Source of the DNA: a virus
Virus record (IMG/VR): IMGVR_UViG_3300027804_000050
Location: 1-64,000 of that record
Length of the DNA: 64,000 nucleotides
Reading direction: 5' to 3' (one strand)
The notes beneath the pieces are model-generated. The model was not told the DNA's origin, made no database searches, and worked only from the letters and a program-made list of their open reading frames with translations. Below are positions 58,487 to 64,000 of this stretch, piece after piece; positions within the stretch are counted from its first letter, which is position 1; each line of letters opens with the position of its first letter. The position numbers and the translations under genes are program-made.

Positions 58487-60616
58487 ATGCCAAACTTTGT
58501 TAGCCCCGGTGTTTATGTTATAGAAAAGGACCTTTCAGAGTACACACCATCTCTGAATAGCTCCGTTGTTGGAATCGTAGGATTTGCATCTAAAGGTCCA
58601 ACAAACGAAGCTACATTGATCACAAGCCAAAATCAACTCATTGATACCTTTGGTGCTCCTAGCGAAGATATCTTCGGTCAAGGTCTAGAAGGTGCTTTAG
58701 AAGTTCTAGAGACAACCAATTCAATGTATTTTGTCAGAGCCGCTGCAACCTCAGCAGTCGAAGCTTCTGCCGCAGTTACTTTTGGTGCTTGCCCTGCCAT
58801 TATAGTATCAAGTAATCAATTTGGAGTAACTAGTAATCTTTACCTAGATATTCAAGTAAAGAATAATGCTGGTATAGAACAGTTTGCTTCAGCTAAACAA
58901 TTTAATATACCATCAGGAACTTTAACTGCTGGAGATCCTGATGTTTGCCAAGCAAGAGCATTAAAGAAAATAATTGGGGGTAGTTTAGACGCTGATGTTG
59001 TAGGTGTCTTTGACAATAATTCTACAACAGGATTAGGAGTTTCTGGAGCATTAGTCGGATCTTTCGCTGGTTCTGGGGCTTCTTTAAGTGTAACTGCTTA
59101 CTCAAACTCAACAAGAACTACTGGAGTTGCAGCCCTTTTCCCAGTAAACCATGCTGTAGGAACAACAAACTTCGGAGCTTCAGGCACTGGAGTTTCTTCA
59201 ATTACTGTTTTTGGAGCAGCCTTTGATGCTTTAACATCTAGCGGACTAACTTATTTCGTAGAAACTCTTTACCCCGGTGCTGGATACAATGCAGGAACCA
59301 CCGTTGATGGTGATACCAGTGGTAATTCTGTAACTGTCAGAGGTCTTGGTGCAGGTAACTTTGCTATAGATATAAATGAAAATGGTGCTGTAGTTGAAAA
59401 CTTCAAAGCCTCACTATTTGCTAGCGGAGCATTCCTTGAAGATGTAATTAATACTGGATCCACGAACACCACTTCAAGATATATTCAAGGAAACTTGTAT
59501 GCTGAAAATGGTGATATAGCTAGTGTAACTCCACTTAACAACTTTGCTAGCCAAGCTAGTGCTTTAGTTGGAGCAACCTTCGATCTTCTCAAGGGAACAC
59601 AACCAAACGCAGTTACTGGTGCTAGTTTAATTCAAGCAAGATTCGTTAAGCCTGTTGAAGGAACATATAATTTTGCTGGTGGAGATAACGGTATACCTTC
59701 TGATACTAACGGCAAAGCCACAGTATTGATTGGGGATGCAGCATCAGAACCCAAGACTGGTATCTATGCTCTAGATGACGATCTTCTCAATATTAGCATT
59801 GCACTAATCCCCGGTGTCTATAATCAAAGTGTTCAGAATGCCCTTGTAACATTGGCTGAACAAACTCAGAATTTCATCGCTCTGGTTTCTCCTCCTTACG
59901 GAATAGGAACAGTTCAGGATGCAATTGACTGGTCAAATGGTAAGTCTAGCAGCACTGCTGGATCGCGCACTGCTGCAATCAATAGCTCGTATGCAGCCAT
60001 CTACTTCCCACATGTTAAGGTGTTCAGCACCTTTGATGGTAAGGATCGTTGGTATGATCCAACAATCTTCGCTGCAAGACAGATGGCATTTACCGATAGT
60101 GTATCTGAAACTTGGTTTGCTCCCGCTGGATTCGTTCGTGGTAGATTAACCAAGCCAACCGATGTTGAAGTTAAACTCAACCAAGGTGATAGAGATACTA
60201 TGTATAGCGGCGGTAATGTTCTCAACCCAGTTGTTAACTTTGCCCAGCAAGGTATAACAATCTTCGGTCAAAGAACTGCCCAAAGAGATCCTTCTGCACT
60301 TGACAGAGTAAACATCAGAAGAATGATGATCTACATCAGAAAGGTAATCCTAGCTTCAACAAGAAGACTAGTGTTTGAACCTAACGACGAGTTTACTTGG
60401 GCAAGAGTTGAAAGCTTGCTAAACCCATTCTTCGCTGACATTGCTCAGAGAAGAGGTATTACACAATTCAAGGTTGTTTGTGACTCCACTACAAACACTC
60501 CAATAAGAATTGATAGAAATGAAATGTGGTGCAAGGTTTTAATCAAACCAACTAAGACTGCTGAGATTGTGGTCTTTGAACTTAATTTAACAAGTCAATC
60601 TGCACAAATAGGTTGA
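58487..60616 (+). CDS. gp18: Tail sheath protein (gp18-like)
   Basis: SPGVYVIEKD, WFAPAG..RG, NPV, FGQRT, DRVNIRR, FEPND. Confidence 0.97.
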   Translation: MPNFVSPGVYVIEKDLSEYTPSLNSSVVGIVGFASKGPTNEATLITSQNQLIDTFGAPSEDIFGQGLEGALEVLETTNSMYFVRAAATSAVEASAAVTFGACPAIIVSSNQFGVTSNLYLDIQVKNNAGIEQFASAKQFNIPSGTLTAGDPDVCQARALKKIIGGSLDADVVGVFDNNSTTGLGVSGALVGSFAGSGASLSVTAYSNSTRTTGVAALFPVNHAVGTTNFGASGTGVSSITVFGAAFDALTSSGLTYFVETLYPGAGYNAGTTVDGDTSGNSVTVRGLGAGNFAIDINENGAVVENFKASLFASGAFLEDVINTGSTNTTSRYIQGNLYAENGDIASVTPLNNFASQASALVGATFDLLKGTQPNAVTGASLIQARFVKPVEGTYNFAGGDNGIPSDTNGKATVLIGDAASEPKTGIYALDDDLLNISIALIPGVYNQSVQNALVTLAEQTQNFIALVSPPYGIGTVQDAIDWSNGKSSSTAGSRTAAINSSYAAIYFPHVKVFSTFDGKDRWYDPTIFAARQMAFTDSVSETWFAPAGFVRGRLTKPTDVEVKLNQGDRDTMYSGGNVLNPVVNFAQQGITIFGQRTAQRDPSALDRVNIRRMMIYIRKVILASTRRLVFEPNDEFTWARVESLLNPFFADIAQRRGITQFKVVCDSTTNTPIRIDRNEMWCKVLIKPTKTAEIVVFELNLTSQSAQIG

Positions 60617-60628
60617 TAAGGAGAAACT

Positions 60629-61219
60629 ATGGCAACATACAGTGAATATCGTGGTTCGATAGCTTCGACAAGCCCAACACCACTTAAAATCTCAACTTCC
60701 TTAGATGCTATAAGAAGCTATCAATTTGAAGTTGATTTCAGAAACATCCCTGCCTTGGGGGATTACAAAGAAGGCGATTTACAAATAGGTGTAAATAAGG
60801 TAACTTCCTTTGGTCCCAAGATTGAACCTATCGAAATTAATAGAGTGAATGATATTGTAAAATATCCCGGTAAGATGAAATTCGAACCAATCACAATAAC
60901 TTTCGATAATCAGTTACTACTCCCACAATATGCTCACCTTTGGGAGTATATCAAGGCTGTATATAATCCTCTAACTGGAACATATCATAATCCAGCCTCA
61001 GGAGCTAGAAACATTGCTACAATCAAAGCTTCTAGAATAATTGTTCGTCAACTAAGCGGACAGAATACCCCAATATCGGAAACAACTTTCTGGGGCGTAT
61101 TCCCTATGGAATATGCAATATCAGAAATGAAGTATTCTGAATCGACTAGTGTTAACACCATTGATGTTAAGTTCTCCTTCGACACAATGGATATTAGAAC
61201 TGTTGGAAAGGCTCCCTGA
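60629..61219 (+). CDS. gp19: Tail tube protein (gp19-like)
   Basis: F.V.F, KYPGK..FEPITITF.., GVFP, VKFSFD; follows sheath. Confidence 0.85.
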   Translation: MATYSEYRGSIASTSPTPLKISTSLDAIRSYQFEVDFRNIPALGDYKEGDLQIGVNKVTSFGPKIEPIEINRVNDIVKYPGKMKFEPITITFDNQLLLPQYAHLWEYIKAVYNPLTGTYHNPASGARNIATIKASRIIVRQLSGQNTPISETTFWGVFPMEYAISEMKYSESTSVNTIDVKFSFDTMDIRTVGKAP

Positions 61220-61241
61220 TTTAAGTTTAGATTAATAATAG

Positions 61242-61272
61242 ATACCCAATCTAAGAATCTTAGATTGGGTAT
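61242..61272. terminator. Near-perfect 15-bp inverted repeat after tail tube; probable terminator
   Basis: ATACCCAATCTAAGA-A-TCTTAGATTGGGTAT followed by TTT. Confidence 0.7.
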
Positions 61273-61295
61273 TTTCCTTAGAGCTATAATAGTAT

Positions 61296-63788
61296 ATGGA
61301 TTACTTAAGCCAATTATTAGAAAGCTACGATAAGCTCAAGAAAAGAAAATTTAAATTAGTTTACATTGAAGAAGCGGCTGTTCAATTAGATCCTGAAGCT
61401 CAAAAAAAAGTAGACACTTATATTGCAACTGCACAATCAAAAGCTGAAGTACCTTCTCCTGATAATAAAACTCCAGTAGTAGAAGTTCCAGAAAGTAATG
61501 TTTGGGTAGCTAAAGAAGGTAAGACTGCGGGACAAGTTGTGTTTGATGGATTCCCCGGTCCAAGAAAAGGAAAAGCTTTTGCTTTGTCAGGGTCATCTAA
61601 TGCAAAACAAAATTATAATGATTTTGTTAAATTATTATCAGGCCAACAATCCGATTCGCAACAACAAGCTAGTGCAGAGGATCAAACTGTAGCAACTCCT
61701 ATTGTTCCTGAAGTTCCACAAATAGACGATATTTCTGCCGATACTCTTCAAAATTCTTTTAATGCTTTAAAAAATTATTGTAGAGATAATAATTATAATT
61801 CTCCAATATGTAAAGAAAAAGGTTTTGGAAAAACAAGCACATCTACAGGAAATATTTTTACAGGTAAAGATTCGACAAGTGTATACGGAAGATTAGCTTT
61901 AGGAGCGCGAATAGTGTATGATCCTGTTCAACAGGGTTTAGTACAACAAAAATTAGATGATGCTAATATAGATATTGCAACTGAAGCATATAGAAAATTA
62001 GTGGATGCTGCAATAAAAAAAGAAAATAGTTGTGAAGATTTTACAAAATCAATTGGATTAATTTATGGCAAGGATGGAGAAACTTTATCAAAAATTCTAC
62101 TAAAAACAAATTCAGGAGATGATGCTGAAGGAGTTTTGGTTAAAGCAGGCGCATATGAAACGGCTTTGCTTTCAATGGCTCATAAAAATTGTACCTCTGC
62201 TAAAAGAAAACAAAGAACAACTTTATCAATTGTGCAAGATGGATCTAAGAGCCAAATAAAAGGATCTTTATCTGAAGCAACTGTAGATTTTCATTATCTA
62301 ATGTTACGATATAAATCAAATATTTCATTAAAAGAAAAAGAAGACATTAGAAAATTCATGGCTCAATATCTACAAGATAAAATTTTTACCATACAAAAAT
62401 TAGCTCAAGATTTAAGTAATATAGAAGAAACTGCTACTGATGTTGAAACTACTTTTATGAATGAAGTATTACAAGAAGAAGCTTTAAAATCTTCTAATAC
62501 ATTAGAACTACAGAAATTTTTAGCAAGAGAATTATTTTACCAAAGAAAAATAATAAATGATTTTTTCCCTAACGCAGTTTGTGCTTTCAATTCTGCTGAA
62601 GCTGGTCCACCAAAAACAGGAGAAAGACCTGATAGACAATTTATCTACACCTCAAAACAGTTAGCCATACAAGATTTCTTACAAAGAAATCCTAATTCTG
62701 TAGCAGAGGAAGTTGAACTAGAAGAAGTTACTTTGCGACAATTGAGACAAGTAATAAAAGCTAGATGTGGTGGAGATCCTAATTGTAAATCTCAAAAAGA
62801 TTTTGATGCAATGCTTAGGTCTGGTGGTCTTTATGAAGCTGGTGATTCAACCAAAGTTTTTTTTATCTCTGCTGGATTAAAGAGATATTCGCAATTAGAT
62901 CACATTACATTAGGCACAGTAGCAAGTACAAATAGAATGGATGATTTATTTACTCCAAATTATACTGGAGATTCTCAACTTTCTGAAGGATTTTTAGATT
63001 TAGTAGATCGAAGATTAGAATTAGATTCAACTTCTTATGAAAGTATGATGGCTTTCCATGAAGATTCAAAAAAAGAAAGAAAAACTATTGAATCAACTAT
63101 AACATCAAATTACACTGTAGATACAGGAAAAAAACCTGATTTAGCAGATCCTATTCAAGTAATAAAAAGAGTATCAAGTATCATAGGAGAAAAAACTTTA
63201 AAAACAAATGAGTATGCTTCAGAAATTTTAAAGCTAACGGAAAAGGCTACAAAACTAAAAAAAGATTCAGAGGGTAATATCATTGATAAAACTTCTGTTA
63301 TACCTAGATTAAGCCATAAACTAGTAAAATTTAAATTAATTAATAAACTTCAGAACTCTTTGAGTTCAATGAATTTAAAAGAGAAAAAAGCTTGTGAAGA
63401 CTATTTATTGAGACAATTATTAATTACTGGATCTACAAAAGATTCGAATATGTATCAAACAATTATACCAGATAATGGGAAAAGTTCAGTCATAAGACAT
63501 AACGAAATTTTTGATACCATTTTAACATCTAGAAAAAAAGGTAAATTAAAAATAGAAGTAACTGGATCGGGAGCTAGATTTATTGATGCAGAGTCCAATC
63601 TATTTATAGACTTGAATATGAGCACTTCTGGAAAAGATGGAATTAGTTTTAAAGCTAAACTAAATAAAAATACAATAGAAAAATTAAATAAAATTCAACC
63701 AACACAAGTTAGTGAACAAGAACAATTAGAATTATTCAAAGAATTTTTTAAGATACAAGAAAAGATATTAAAATCAATTAATCAATAA
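61296..63788 (+). CDS. Large hypothetical protein (830 aa), possibly virion-packaged
   Basis: Leaderless after TATAATAGTAT; terminal L/V-x-E sites; faint PD-(D/E)XK-like motifs. Confidence 0.6.
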   Translation: MDYLSQLLESYDKLKKRKFKLVYIEEAAVQLDPEAQKKVDTYIATAQSKAEVPSPDNKTPVVEVPESNVWVAKEGKTAGQVVFDGFPGPRKGKAFALSGSSNAKQNYNDFVKLLSGQQSDSQQQASAEDQTVATPIVPEVPQIDDISADTLQNSFNALKNYCRDNNYNSPICKEKGFGKTSTSTGNIFTGKDSTSVYGRLALGARIVYDPVQQGLVQQKLDDANIDIATEAYRKLVDAAIKKENSCEDFTKSIGLIYGKDGETLSKILLKTNSGDDAEGVLVKAGAYETALLSMAHKNCTSAKRKQRTTLSIVQDGSKSQIKGSLSEATVDFHYLMLRYKSNISLKEKEDIRKFMAQYLQDKIFTIQKLAQDLSNIEETATDVETTFMNEVLQEEALKSSNTLELQKFLARELFYQRKIINDFFPNAVCAFNSAEAGPPKTGERPDRQFIYTSKQLAIQDFLQRNPNSVAEEVELEEVTLRQLRQVIKARCGGDPNCKSQKDFDAMLRSGGLYEAGDSTKVFFISAGLKRYSQLDHITLGTVASTNRMDDLFTPNYTGDSQLSEGFLDLVDRRLELDSTSYESMMAFHEDSKKERKTIESTITSNYTVDTGKKPDLADPIQVIKRVSSIIGEKTLKTNEYASEILKLTEKATKLKKDSEGNIIDKTSVIPRLSHKLVKFKLINKLQNSLSSMNLKEKKACEDYLLRQLLITGSTKDSNMYQTIIPDNGKSSVIRHNEIFDTILTSRKKGKLKIEVTGSGARFIDAESNLFIDLNMSTSGKDGISFKAKLNKNTIEKLNKIQPTQVSEQEQLELFKEFFKIQEKILKSINQ

Positions 63789-63999
63789 ATATATTATCTG
63801 GATATTTTAATATTTCATCTAGTAAATTTATCTCATACTGCTCAAACCCTATGGTATTATAGAGTCTGGGCAGTATGTTTTTTTTCGAGATTGTTACTGT
63901 AGGTTGTCTATCTTGTTGAAAAATAATTATAAAATCTTTTTTAGCATTTACAGAATCTCTTTCAGCTTTTATTATAAAATCCCATAATTCTGAACTCTT
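63778..63999 (-). CDS. Partial (3' end) Holliday junction resolvase-like protein
   Basis: SELWDFIIKAERD....KDFIIIFQQDRQ resembles the C-terminus of phage PD-(D/E)XK resolvases; truncated by the window edge. Confidence 0.5.
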   Translation of the reverse strand, partial: KSSELWDFIIKAERDSVNAKKDFIIIFQQDRQPTVTISKKNILPRLYNTIGFEQYEINLLDEILKYPDNIFID

Positions 64000-64000
64000 A

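Noticed and set aside
1-64000. Stop-codon reassignment, introns/inteins, tRNA genes
   Set aside because: Core genes are full length in the standard code, no intein-sized insertions are evident in TerL, primase or helicase, and no cloverleaf was recognised in the few intergenic gaps

Overview
64 kb of a large, AT-rich, T4-like (contractile-tailed) dsDNA bacteriophage, read in the standard genetic code. Positions 1-2.4 kb are the end of a more GC-rich early/accessory region. It holds small minus-strand genes, sigma70-type leaderless promoters and a structured non-coding segment. The remainder is an almost complete morphogenesis region: terminase and portal, a long Ser/Thr-rich fibre, an interspersed UvsW helicase, primase and RecB/Cas4-like nuclease, tape measure, baseplate (gp53, gp27, gp5, gp25, gp6, gp7-like), beta-helix and fibre proteins, a 1409-aa cysteine-rich protein, PAAR, a cluster of small head-associated proteins, prohead protease, scaffold, major capsid, neck, tail terminator, sheath and tube. 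The most notable observations are: (1) a pseudoknotted candidate RNA carrying an 11-nt perfect complement of the 16S rRNA 3' end, downstream of a 33-aa membrane peptide; (2) a modular baseplate-linked protein with about 61 Cys; (3) basic domains separated by putative gp21 L/I-x-E cleavage sites, suggesting processed internal-head cargo; (4) a likely -1 frameshift fusing gp26-like and gp51-like ORFs; (5) strong CCWGG avoidance. All assignments come from motif recognition and synteny by eye; no searches were run.
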